Assembly: GCF_037042905.1 (NCBI RefSeq)
Contig: NC_087249.1
Location: 7,256,001-7,320,000, forward strand
Reading direction: 5' to 3'
From: Lytechinus pictus
Taxonomy: Eukaryota
Length of the DNA: 64,000 nt
In this document: positions 53,246-64,000 of the stretch, one piece after another
Position numbering within the stretch: position 1 is the first letter of the stretch
Layout of the letters: every line of letters starts with the position of its first letter
Program-made: the position numbers and the translations under genes
The notes under the pieces: model-generated
Database searches by the model: none
What the model saw: only the letters and a program-made list of their open reading frames with translations
Told to the model about the DNA's origin: nothing

Positions 53246-55813
53246 AATGATTATTTGGGAGGGGGGCAAGACTGAAAAATGTCCAAAAGTATCGGCACGC
53301 CAGATTTAGTTTTACGAGCGATTTGCGCCGAAAATTTTTAATTTTACATGACTTGTTTAAATTCATTTTTATGCTAAGTTTAATGATTTGATAGTGCTTA
53401 CCAATGCTTTTCATTTGCATTCATTTGCATTGCATAGTTGTCAAAATCATTAGGGGGCTAATCAATATGTTTGCCCCAATATTTCCATTAGGAATGACCG
53501 CCCCCTGCCCCCCCCCCCCCAACGATCGACGCCTCTGTCCCCGGCTGTTTAAGATTATTTTGATATGTTTTGAGTATGTATTTTATTGTTTTGTTCAGCA
53601 TCTATTTTAAATAATATAATACGAATAAAATACAATCTTATGCACAATTATAATAATTTAGTACCGAACATCAAAATTTACACTAAGAATGATTGAGAAA
53701 ATTATTTGCACAACGCCCGGTGAACACCTCTTTCACAATTTGGATTCTTAAATTAAGTTATGTACACATATCTATTTAAAATAGAAAAGGCGCTTAAATT
53801 ACACCCTTAAAATAGATATATGGCAGCAATCAGCTTGATTTTTCCAGGAAACCAAAGTTTGAAAGAATGCTGTCGATACATTTTTTTAATATCACTGATT
53901 TATTGAGGCATCAAAATCTCATGAACCAAAAGCATTTCTGTTTTAGACATAGTCATAAAGTATTCGTGGCCGTATGCAGTGGAAGGGCAGTTGCCACCAG
54001 AAATTTTGAAAACCTACATTTATCACTGAAAATTTTCACAAAAGTCACCAAGTGCAAAAAGTGGAAATCCTTAAATTTTTATTTTAAAAAGCAAAGCGTC
54101 CATGACAAGCTTGGTCGCTTCACTTTCTCGCTTTAAACTTTCTTTGGACATGTTGGAAAACAAATTCTGCATACCGCTATGAAGTATTTCACAAGTGTTT
54201 CTTTTTTTACCTCTTCTCAAAGAGCAAAACGGGAATTAATGAGGATCGGTCTCAATTGAAAGAAGAAATAATTTTTGATCGAGGACATTTTTTAAACGAT
54301 ATTTTAAACAATGTAGATTTGTTTCTCATGTATCCGGAATATCACTAATTCCTAAGTTTTCGTCCGCTTTCTGGGGGCAATTATACATTGATGGATCAGA
54401 GGGAGATGACTCAAGATTGATTTAAATAGTCATCTATCATATTCGTTTCAGTCTCTGTATCTCCATTTTCAAATAATCACCGTAAAAACAAACATATACA
54501 GATATAGAAATATACAAAACAGATTAAACGTCATAAGAAATATTTCAATAATGATATCGTAGAAACATGATTGGTACATGAATATAGGGGTCTGATAGGG
54601 GGGGGGGGGGCCATGGGACGGGAGAATGCTCATATACATTCATTCTTTAAATTTGCATAGTTGTTACGTCTTGTTTTATTATTTGCTTTATAGCTGCATA
54701 TATAAGTTGTTGAAATGTTATTTTTGCATGAGTTCGGATTATGTCTCTTTTTTTATACAATTTGCCTGCTATGTTTATTACACTGTTATTTAATTTGTGT
54801 ATTGCACTGTTGCAATTATCATTTTGTTCTATATTTTCTTGATTATGTATGTATGAAATTTATTTGAATGAATAATAAAGATCACTACAAAACAAAAAAT
54901 ATAGCGTTGTTGCAATATGGATAATTGCATATTACCATATGAAAATGTAAATGAAAATAGAGGACTTACTAAAAAGTAGAGCTTGTACACCTCAAAAACT
55001 CTGGTGTTGATTTAACACCAGCCCGGAATATATATATTTCAACACCAGAGAAGTGTTAAACAACACCAGTTTCGTTTTGGTCTAACACCAGATAGGTGTT
55101 TATACAACACAAATTAGTAACAAAACAGCATCGGTTTGATCCCAAACTGGTGTTGTCTCAATACTTCTCTGGTGTGGACATAATAGATTCCGGGCTGGTA
55201 TTAAATCAACACCGGAGTTTTTGCAGTGTATTGTTAAAACGGCTTTGTGACATCACATCGGGTTATCGGGTTGGGTCGCCGGGCAATCACTAAACCCGAT
55301 CATTCGAGAAAAGGGCACACTCATTTCCTGAAACGCCGTCGGATCCAATTTACCCGACCATTCGAGAAAGGGCACCCTAAATTTCCGAAAGGTCGGGTCA
55401 AGTCTACCCGATGTAAACTGGACGCGACGTTTCGAGAATTTAGGGGACCCTTTTCTCTAATGGTTGGGTATACGATGTGACGACACAAGCCTTGATAAAT
55501 CCACTTTAACATGTTAAACATAATTGGAGTAATCTTCAACATTGAAAAAAAAGGTAATCGTGATCACTGAGGAAGTAAAGGAAATAGGGTTCTTGAAAAA
55601 AGAGGGGAAAAGGTTTTCTAGTGAAAAAAAAAGAAGAAGAAAAGATGAAGGCAAAAAGATAATAGTGTCTATAGCAGTAGAAGGGAAAGCGAAATGAAAT
55701 CGAGTATCAAATATCGTGGGGAAAAAGAAAGATGAAAGATTTTCAGTATGCCCAAGTGTCAGTCCCGGCTAAAGTTCTATAGCGCTTTTCCACGAAGCAG
55801 ATATCACCGCGTT

Positions 55814-56044
55814 CTACTTCTTGTCATCGGCGAAATGAGAACTGTACGATGGCGGGGGCGACGATCTCGGCGCCACTTTCGACGAGGGAATAATGGTCTG
55901 CACTGGACGCGTCCTGTTTCGACAACGAGAGCAGAAGAAGGCGATCAAGGCCCAAGCACTCTCGAAGATTTCGAAGACGGTGATGACCGAGAGGCCAAGC
56001 CAAAGACCAAGCTGGCCGCCGATGTCACTCAGAAGATCGGGGAT
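55814..56044 (-). CDS. DEG/ENaC (amiloride-sensitive sodium channel family) terminal exon: TM2 and cytoplasmic tail
   Basis: cag acceptor; IPDLLSDIGGQLGLWLGLSVITVFEIFESAWALIAFFCSRCRNRTRPVQTIIPSSKVAPRSSPPPSYSSHFADDKK*. The DIGGQLGLWLGxS TM2/selectivity filter motif is diagnostic. Confidence 0.95.
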   Translation of the reverse strand: MPDLLSDIGGQLGLWLGLSVITVFEIFESAWALIAFFCSRCRNRTRPVQTIIPSSKVAPRSSPPPSYSSHFADDKK

Positions 56045-56140
56045 CTGTATGAAACAGTTAAAGGGGTGAAAAAAGCAAAACTATCATTGTAATAATGATA
56101 TTTTGATATTCCTATTCGTAAGTAATCATAAGAATATGCT

Positions 56141-56716
56141 TTAAGGGATGGTCCGGGCCTAATACATAGAGTAGAATTCACTGAGCAAAATGCCGGAAAT
56201 TTCATCAAAATCGGATAACAAATAATAAAGTTATTGAAGTTTAAAGTTTAGCAATATTTTGTGAAAACAGTCGTCATGAATATTCATTAGGTGGGCTGAT
56301 GATGTCACAATCATCTCCACTTTCCGCTTTCTTATGTTATTACATAAAATCATAATTTTTCATTATTTCATACTCGTGTGAATAATATGTCTCCCTTATA
56401 ATGAAATAAGTTGCAGCAATAAATATCTAATGCACTAAATCAGTTGTCAATCGAATTTTTCTAGTTCTTGGAGGAAAAAAATTGAATAAACCTAAGTTCA
56501 TATAATAAAATACAAAACAACAAGTGGGGATGAGACATCATCAGCCCACCTAATGAATATTCATGACGACTGTTTTCACAAAATATTGCTAAACTTAAAA
56601 ATTCAATAACTTTGTTATTTGTTATCCGATTTTGATGAAATTTTCGGCATTTTGCTCAGTGAATTCTACTCTATTTATTAAGCTATAAATTCTTTCAGCC
56701 CGGACCATCCCTTTAA
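56141..56716. mobile_element. TTAA-flanked (Kolobok-like) MITE with long, nearly perfect TIRs
   Basis: ttaagggatggtccggg ... cccggaccatccctttaa; arms of about 170 bp. Confidence 0.88.
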
Positions 56717-56973
56717 TGATTTATTATTAGGTGATTTCTCAAATAAGTATACACACTTTCCAGCCCACTGATCTCTCCCCTAGTGGAGAGATCAGTGTTC
56801 CAGCCCCTATATCCATGATATAACCACAGACATGACAGAGTGAGTTCCTTTCCCGGCGGCGAGTTGGCTCTCCTTATCCTACAGCGCTTGTATCGGTTCT
56901 ATGTATGTTCGATTATGCTGAATAAACAACAATTGTAATGGTGATGATGATGATAACATTAATAATAATAATA

Positions 56974-57500
56974 ACAAGTGGAACGCCTCTGGCAGTCTCG
57001 CCTGCATTACGCGATTCGATATAGCAGCAGTGTTGACTTTGTAAACAGCTATAGAATAATTATTCACAAAAGAAACCTTTCATATGATAATAAAATACTA
57101 TGTCCATTGACCCAACATGACCTTGACCATGATCATGTGACCTAAGACATGTGCAAAACATATTTGATTACCCTTATGTCTATGTTTCATGAACTATATG
57201 TGTAGATCCATAAACTTTTAAAGTTATGATGACAATTCCACAAATACCCCCAACATTATCAAAGTTCGTTGACCCTAAATGACCTTTGACCTTGATCGTG
57301 TGACCTAAAACAGGATGTTCAGGGATACACTATCACCCTTATGTCTAAGTTTCATGAACTAGGTCCATATACTTTCCAAGTTATGACAACATTTCAGAAA
57401 CTTAACCTTGGTTAAGATTTCAATGTTGACGACGCCGACGTCGCCACCGCCGTCGCCGTCAGAAAAGCGGCGTCTATAGTCTCGCTCTGCTATGCAGGCT
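56974..57500. repeat. TGACCTT-rich interspersed repeat (unclassified, possibly Helitron/Helentron-derived); related sequence at about 34300-35350
   Basis: Repeated tgacctt(t)gacc motifs with aagtttcatgaactag units. Confidence 0.5.
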
Positions 57501-57740
57501 CCTCAAGTTGATTTGCCTGTTCTGATTATTCAATTTCTTGACATTAACCTATAAATATGCCTTGGATCGGACATAAGCATAAATCAAAATCATATTTTCA
57601 TGTCACGTTGTCAGTAATATAAATGTTTAATTGGTTCTTAAATTGCGAGAAGCTAAATGACTGGATGAATATTATGAAGCATTTACTTCAGTGCTCTTTC
57701 TTTTATAAAAGGACATTGGGAAGTTCAAATTAAAACCTAC

Positions 57741-57816
57741 CGTATATGCCTTATCCTGACGAATGTATTCGTAGTTGAATTCGTCGAAGTAAATCTCTAC
57801 CTTAGCCATATTACTC
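57741..57816 (-). CDS. DEG/ENaC exon (SNMAKVEIYFDEFNYEYIRQDKAYT)
   Basis: AG/GT boundaries, 76 nt, phases compatible with neighbours; pre-TM2 N.AKV.IYF..Y..I.Q..AY pattern. Confidence 0.93.
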
Positions 57817-58322
57817 CTGATGATGGAAAGAAAATAAAGAACAAATATAAAACAGAAAATTAAAGTAAATTAAAGTATCGTCTTTTCTGAAGTCTTAATA
57901 GGAATAAACAGATGCAAAAATGCCTACTTTATTTTAAAGAATCACCTCTCTGTGTATTAAGGGCAAATTCTATCCCAAGAACGAGTTAATTTAGATTTGG
58001 AAAGTAAAAAAAACACAACAAAAACGAACTACAACCATGACAACCGTATAATGTTGAAAATGGGATGCGAAGTGAGAGAGATATAACGGGTGAGTCTAAG
58101 ACATCACACATTAACACTCACAATGTCTTTTGTATTTAGATTTTTCCTTCTCTACATAATAACGAATATTAATTAGCCACCGACCCCAAGTATATTAATA
58201 AAAAAGGGGGCGACAATTATCACGATCTAAGGATGGTCATTAACTGAGAGGTGCAATTCCATTCTATTATTGTAAAAAATAATTCTGAAATCATATTATA
58301 GAAGAAAAAAAACTTTATTTAC

Positions 58323-58405
58323 CTTGTCCAGTCAGATGGGGTTTGGCCTCTGACCTGTTCCCTCATCTCCGCATTACATTTTGTCATCTTTTCAAAAAGC
58401 TTCCT
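58323..58405 (-). CDS. DEG/ENaC exon (RKLFEKMTKCNAEMREQVRGQTPSDWT)
   Basis: AG/GT boundaries, 83 nt; phase 0 in and phase 2 out link both neighbours in frame (knuckle region). Confidence 0.82.
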
Positions 58406-59271
58406 CTGTGAAAGTAGCAGCAAAGAGGGCCAAAATATGCGGTTATACTATACTGCGTGGTTGCCTAGCAACTAGCACTGGCCCGGTGTTAAGAATTGCA
58501 TCAATTTCCATTACTATCTTACTGTTATTCTCTTATCGGGTGATCGAAATAAATGTGAGGAAACGTGTTTAAAGAGTGGGTTACTTCGAAGAGGAGAGGA
58601 CGTGGGCAGGGGCCGCGGAACCGGAGGGACCTGGGGGCTTCAGCCCCCATTTTTTCCTCCAAAACCGTGTACAGAAACATTACTTTATTATCTGAATGAA
58701 ATTTTTGCAAATTTTCCAATCAAGTGTAAGTTTATTGGTCATTTAATTTTTTTTTCTTCAGCCGTTAGAGTTAAAATTTGGCATTGTTTCGTATTCTAGC
58801 GCACTCTCTCGGCTATTTTTCACAAAAGTGGCCAATTGATCACCAATCTTACAAATATATTGGATTGGATGTCAAAACGAGCTTATCATGGGGGCATTTG
58901 GAGCATTTTCATATTAAAGTTATGATGCCCACTAAATCCTGATCATAAAAACTGTGACGATCCCCTCTAAAAAAGGTTTACCCTACATTGGGTAAAATGG
59001 GAACATGCATGTTGGTTGGGTAAAAAGATACCTAATATTTTGTTACTTTTACGCAATGTTCCGTTGAAATAGCCCAATATGGAGTAAAAAAACCTACCCA
59101 GCAAATATGCATGACTGTTCCCTTTCTACCCAATATTGGGTAAAATTTTACTCAGTGTTTTTAGAGTGTAGAAAAGTCATAAAGGTATGGTCTAGAACTA
59201 ACTTTTTTTTTGGGGGGAGGGGGGGATTAATATGTTTTTCCTTTTCCCGACTGTGTGTATGTTTATCTTAC

Positions 59272-59329
59272 CTCATAATTATCAGAAGGCCAAGTGGCTG
59301 AACTTATTGTTGGCAAGTAGTTGATATCA
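59272..59329 (-). CDS. DEG/ENaC exon (DINYLPTISSATWPSDNYE)
   Basis: AG/GT boundaries, 58 nt; conserved Y...IS...WPS motif. Confidence 0.9.
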
Positions 59330-59796
59330 CTGGAAATGAAGGAAATATATAAATTTGGCGTTTTCTGTTACACACTCCGATACATTATAATACAAAGTTG
59401 AAACTGTGGAGACAAATTACATTATCGCATTGAAATGTATTAATCTTAAAGATATACACACCTCAGTTCGAGTACAGAATCAACTATGAGCAGGGTGTTC
59501 GAAAAAACCCCGATAATAAATCAATAGATTAAATAATCAGTTATTCCATTGCAATTAATTGGTCTACTTCTAAATCGTTTTAAAATATTTTTTTTACTCG
59601 CAAGATGACACAGAAAAAGATTATTTAACAGATGACTAATTACATACAAAAATGCGCTCACCCCCTTTTCCTACTTTGTGAAAAATTATGCCATTGATGG
59701 ACAAAATTTTAACATTGGAATATCGTTCATGATATAGATAATTGAATAGACGTGATTGACAGTCAACCTATTATTATATATCACAAGATTACTCAC

Positions 59797-59872
59797 TGGC
59801 AAGCTGTTGGACACTCACAACCCAGTCTTCCGACAAAATACATGCGCTCGATCCGTTCAAGACAGGCAGTTT
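59797..59872 (-). CDS. DEG/ENaC exon (TACLERIERMYFVGRLGCECPTAC)
   Basis: AG/GT boundaries, 76 nt; Cys-rich thumb CxCxxxC. No further upstream exon found before the window end. Confidence 0.9.
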
Positions 59873-59961
59873 CTAAATTTCAAAGAAAGTTAACAAGCAG
59901 TGATTTAACAAGCATGACACATGGCGGCGATCCCGGATAATGTTCATTTGTACCCAGCTGA

Positions 59962-60534
59962 CCCGGGGGGGGGGGGGGGGGGGGGGCACTTCCATTGACG
60001 AGTGGATACCATGCGCGACCATGGGGTCTCGAAAAGCACCCTAAACACGTATTTTCCATATTCTGAAAATGCACCCCTTAACAAGTATTGGCGTGTGAAA
60101 CCCTACCCTTAACAAGTATTGGGAACAAAACGATACTCTTGGCAAGTATTCCCCGAAATAAACCCCTAAACAAGTACAGGAATATTTTGTTGTCACAGGT
60201 CCTTCGGTCGTTGGTTTACCTTTACACATCAATTTTGGTTTAGTACGACCCCAAGCTACACACCTCGTGCAAATCGGACTCTAAACACGTAGTGTTGGGG
60301 CAAAAAGGACATCCTTCATAAAACATTTTAATTTTGTTTTATCATCCCCGCAAATTTGACCCTAAACACGTAACTTTCCTAGCGAAAGAGGTACCCTTTT
60401 TTCATTATTTTTGTGTTTTTGACACCCTTATCACGTTACGTACGTAACGTGCCCTATCTTGATAAAGACATCCTTTTTACGTGTTCTTTTGGTCGCGCAT
60501 GGTATCCACTCGTCAATGAAAGTGGCCCCTCGGG
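59962..60534. mobile_element. CCCGGG-terminal MITE with 8-bp TSD
   Basis: Arms cacttccattgacgagtggataccatgcgcgacca / tggtcgcgcatggtatccactcgtcaatgaaagtg; TSD ccagctga. Confidence 0.88.
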
Positions 60535-61749
60535 CCAGCTGATTAGTATTCCATTGAGGAATTTGAAAATGCTGTAGACCTACATTTTACTTGCGTAAAT
60601 CCGGTCCGAACAGTGGGGGATGATAGCAATATATTGACCTGAAAATTCAAAGTTTTTGGGACACACCCACACCAATGGCTATGTATACGGGGGTATATAT
60701 AACGTTGTACATCATACAACAATCTTCCAGTTAAAGGCCTATCAGTATTTTTTTTTAAAATCGATTTCTATATTGTACTGGATTTGTTGTGATATAAAGT
60801 AATGAATGACAGTCAATATTAATACAGGGGCCGCGGAAGCGGGGGGGGGGGGGGCTTCAGCCCCCACTTTTTCCAAAACCATGTACAAAATTGTAAAAAT
60901 TACCATACGATTGTGATTTTTTGCATGGTCAGCCCCCCACTTTGAAAACCGTTCCGCGGCCCCTGCAATATGCGCGCGAGTGAGGCGAGCTAGCAAATTT
61001 TAAGTTCTTGGAAGACAAAATGGTGTCCAAAAACCTCTTTCAAGTGGTGTGTATCCATCACATCACGTGCAATGTATATAAGTAGGCGTATGGAGGATGT
61101 AGGGATGCCATTCCCCCCCCCCCCATCCGAAAAGTGGGGGGGGGGGATATATCCCCCTCCGGTATTTACGCCCGTGGAATTTAATGTTCATAATAACGTG
61201 TTCAAAGTGCCAAGTTTCATTTTCATATTCTTTCCTCCTCGGTCATCACATTCATTTTCAGGATTACATGAGTTCCGTTTGCAACCTCCCCCAAGCATTT
61301 TTATTTACCATGCAAAACATTTTTTAAGTATAGCCAGTGTTTCCACAGATCCAAAACAATTTCCCGAAATTCATAGACATTTCCTGGAATTTTCAAGTGT
61401 GATTTTTAAACGAAAATCGGGCAATAATACAGCAAGCCTGAATTTGGTCCAAGTGACCCGAAAATCAAGGAATTTAACATTTTTTGTTCACGCCCTCTTT
61501 AAAAATAGGAACAAAATTACGAAATGCAAGCGCGGAGCGTGAGCTAAATTTTTTTAGCTACGTATCGAGGTAAACAATTATTTAAATATAACATGAATAT
61601 TAAATTTGCATTTAATTTTTGTTTAATTGTAATTTTCGGATTACCCGGAATTACCTGGATTTTTTTCATTACCCGAAAATAACCTGAAAATGATCCGGGT
61701 TACCCGCAATTCGGGTAATTTTCTCAAGTGGAAACTAAGTAGAGCAATA

Positions 61750-61764
61750 ACTTTCGCTTTTTCC
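61750..61764 (-). promoter_or_regulatory. IRF-E/ISRE-like element (GGAAAAAGCGAAAGT on minus strand)
   Basis: Contains AAAGCGAAAGT, matching the IRF-E core AAASYGAAASY. Lies about 430 bp upstream of a candidate gtaagt donor (62198) and 1.6 kb upstream of the TRIM-like ATG. Confidence 0.45.
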
Positions 61765-61792
61765 TTTGCTGGTCGAATTTCGTATGTCATTC

Positions 61793-62125
61793 CAAAGTCC
61801 AAAGTTCACACTTCTCGAATTGAAGTAAATTAGCACAACTATAATCGCCATGTTGTTTGTATTATCTACTTGCAAGTTTTACTTTTGGACTGATATTGTA
61901 TCCACAAAATTATCACTTATCGGAGATTTAATGAAGTCGGCTTTATTTGTGACTTACAAAGTCCAACGTTCACACTTCTCGAATTGAAGTAAATTAGCAC
62001 AACTATAATCGCCATGTTGTTTGTATTATCTACTTACAAGTTTTACTTTTGAACTGATATTGTATCCACAAAATTATCACTTATCGGAGATTTAATGAAG
62101 TCGGCTTTATTTGTGACTTGCAAAG
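61793..62125. repeat. Recent 164-bp tandem duplication
   Basis: Copies start at 61793 and 61957 (caaagtcca..ttcacacttctcgaattgaag...) and differ by only a few substitutions. Confidence 0.92.
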
Positions 62126-63335
62126 ATAAAGACAACTCATTTGTGTGTAGTGAGGATTATTGTGTTGTGTTGCGGTGGATTGATTTTCAACACGGAAGTA
62201 AGTCTTGATAATGATAATTTTGTATAAGTAGTCTACCATTAATTATTGTGATTGTGTAGGACTGTTATTTTGACATTTGGTTTCCTTTTATAGTTTAGTT
62301 ATTTATAGTTCCAGTTTTGGTATTTTGTTCAGCTTTGTTTACATTCTTGATGCTTCTGTTGTCATCCATTTCCATTTGACCCTAAAACCTGCTTCTTCCG
62401 TCATTCCTTTCCTATTCAGATGTGTTCATTCATTACATTCTCACATCTGATTATTTTGTTCAACATTCTTATTATGTAATTATCCCAACATCTTATTCAT
62501 CTTCATCCACTATCTCTTATTGGTTATTTTCATAAATTAGACTCTTCCACTTTTAGTTGGTTCCTCCATTCTCTAAATTGATTGGTTAATATTTACTTAA
62601 TTTGAATATATGTAAATTGTAGATATGATTTGAATTCTGATGTGGCAAAGCAGCACATCCATTAACCCCCACAATTGCATGGCCGGGGATTCACAACTAA
62701 AAGAAATATACAGAACATTCTCCTTTTACCAAAAAAAACAGCAATCCATTGAATAACTCATCCTCATTACTTATCTAAAAGTGCACCTCTTTTCCAAAGA
62801 AATTACCGATTCAGAATATCATTTCATTACAGACCTGTTTATTTATGTACCAGTGCCACAGTCAGAAGTTACCAAAGTCTCTCCAATTTTGTACCATTCA
62901 TATCAAACTAGAAATTTTGACAACTACCCCCAACCAAATTATTCAAATTGTACTTCAATTCAACTTAATGAACTTACCAACACATCTTTTTCTTCCTTTA
63001 TTTTCTGAAGTGCATAGAGACATTTTTATTATGTGTTTTGCGCTACATAAAAACTGACTATTATTATCATCATTATTATATATTAACATTATCATTATTA
63101 TTATCATCATTTTATTATCATTATTATTTTATCATTATTATTGTTATTATTATTATTACATTTGAAAAATCTTGATGGAGGGGTGTGCATTCTTTGGTAA
63201 TGACCCTTTCAAAGTTGCACCAACGCAAACAAACTACGAACTTACGAAGTATTTTTTTTCTTTGATTTTGATCTTTATTCTCTCTACTCATAGCCTCCTT
63301 AATCCTTATCTTCTTTTACAGGAAAATAAATCGAC

Positions 63336-64000
63336 ATGGCATCTAAATTTGGCTCAATACAGGGCGCCTTTTGTGAAGAAGCCGACTGTGAAACGATTGC
63401 TGATGTGACTTTTTATGTGAAGGAAGACAAGAAGAAACAACTCTGCCATTCGTGCGCCTTGAAAAAAGAGTGCCTCGGAATACCCAGAAAAGGCGGGCTT
63501 CGTCTGTATTGCGAGAAACATGATAAAATTATGGAGCTATATTGCAAGACTCATGGTAAAGCTTTGTGTGTTCCGTGCGCTGTGATTGACCATCATGAAA
63601 AACCTTGCATACGTCAGGATATAGAGGACGCCCTCCTGGAAATCAGAGCAAATCTCAGCATCCTCCAGAAAACGGCGACCAACAAATTAGAGCTATCTGG
63701 AGTCAATGGGGGTGAGATTCTTCAAAGTAGACAAGTCGCTGACGAACATTTGCAAACTATTCAGAGTGTGGTCGATTACGAAATCGAAGGGGCTATTGAA
63801 AGTGACAGAACAAAGGAAAAGGTAGACGCTGATAAAATCGACCAGGAGATCGACGCGAGAAACCAACAGTTACGCGAGGAGATTCAAGATATCGAGAATA
63901 AAATTCAAAATAACAATGAGGAGAGAGAAAAGCGACATGAAGAAAATTGTTTAATTGCAGAGAAAAGACGACAACCGATTTATGACAAACAACGCGTTCT
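63336..64000 (+). CDS. B-box zinc finger plus coiled-coil (RING-less TRIM-like) protein, 3'-truncated by the window
   Basis: Acceptor ttcttttacag ends at 63321, then gacATGG. Open for 221 codons: MASKFGSIQGAFCEEADC...LCHSC...LYCEKHDKIMELYCKTHGKALCVPCAVIDHHEKPC followed by an E/K/Q/R-rich helical segment. Missing from the ORF track because it has no stop in the window. Confidence 0.88.
   Translation, partial: MASKFGSIQGAFCEEADCETIADVTFYVKEDKKKQLCHSCALKKECLGIPRKGGLRLYCEKHDKIMELYCKTHGKALCVPCAVIDHHEKPCIRQDIEDALLEIRANLSILQKTATNKLELSGVNGGEILQSRQVADEHLQTIQSVVDYEIEGAIESDRTKEKVDADKIDQEIDARNQQLREEIQDIENKIQNNNEEREKRHEENCLIAEKRRQPIYDKQRV

Noticed and set aside
55748..56092. 114-aa plus-strand ORF
   Set aside because: It is the antisense shadow of the DEG/ENaC terminal exon.
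60590..60640. Possible extra DEG/ENaC exon with AG/GT ends
   Set aside because: No frame resembles the expected Cys-rich thumb sequence.

Overview
Eukaryotic (animal) genomic DNA, AT-rich and repeat-dense. The repeat families and gene content suggest an echinoderm such as a sea urchin (inference). Four genes can be rebuilt from splice sites. (1) The last two exons of an unidentified Cys-rich protein (+, 4550-5211). (2) A complete 10-exon CDK7 gene (-, 25390-45005; 1050 nt, 349 aa). (3) The last five exons of a DEG/ENaC channel (-, 55814-59872), ending in a PPPSY motif. (4) The start of a RING-less B-box/coiled-coil TRIM-like ORF (+, 63336 to window end), apparently nested antisense in an intron of the channel gene and preceded by an IRF-type element. 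The rest is non-autonomous DNA transposons (often nested), tRNA-derived SINEs, CR1/L2 3' fragments, a Penelope-like fragment with a degenerate hammerhead ribozyme, 32-49 bp TSD-flanked micro-hairpins and microsatellites. A 4.9-kb TIR element sits 60 bp upstream of the CDK7 ATG. Almost all entries in the supplied ORF track are spurious. I see no clear novel multi-gene system; the best leads are listed as findings.
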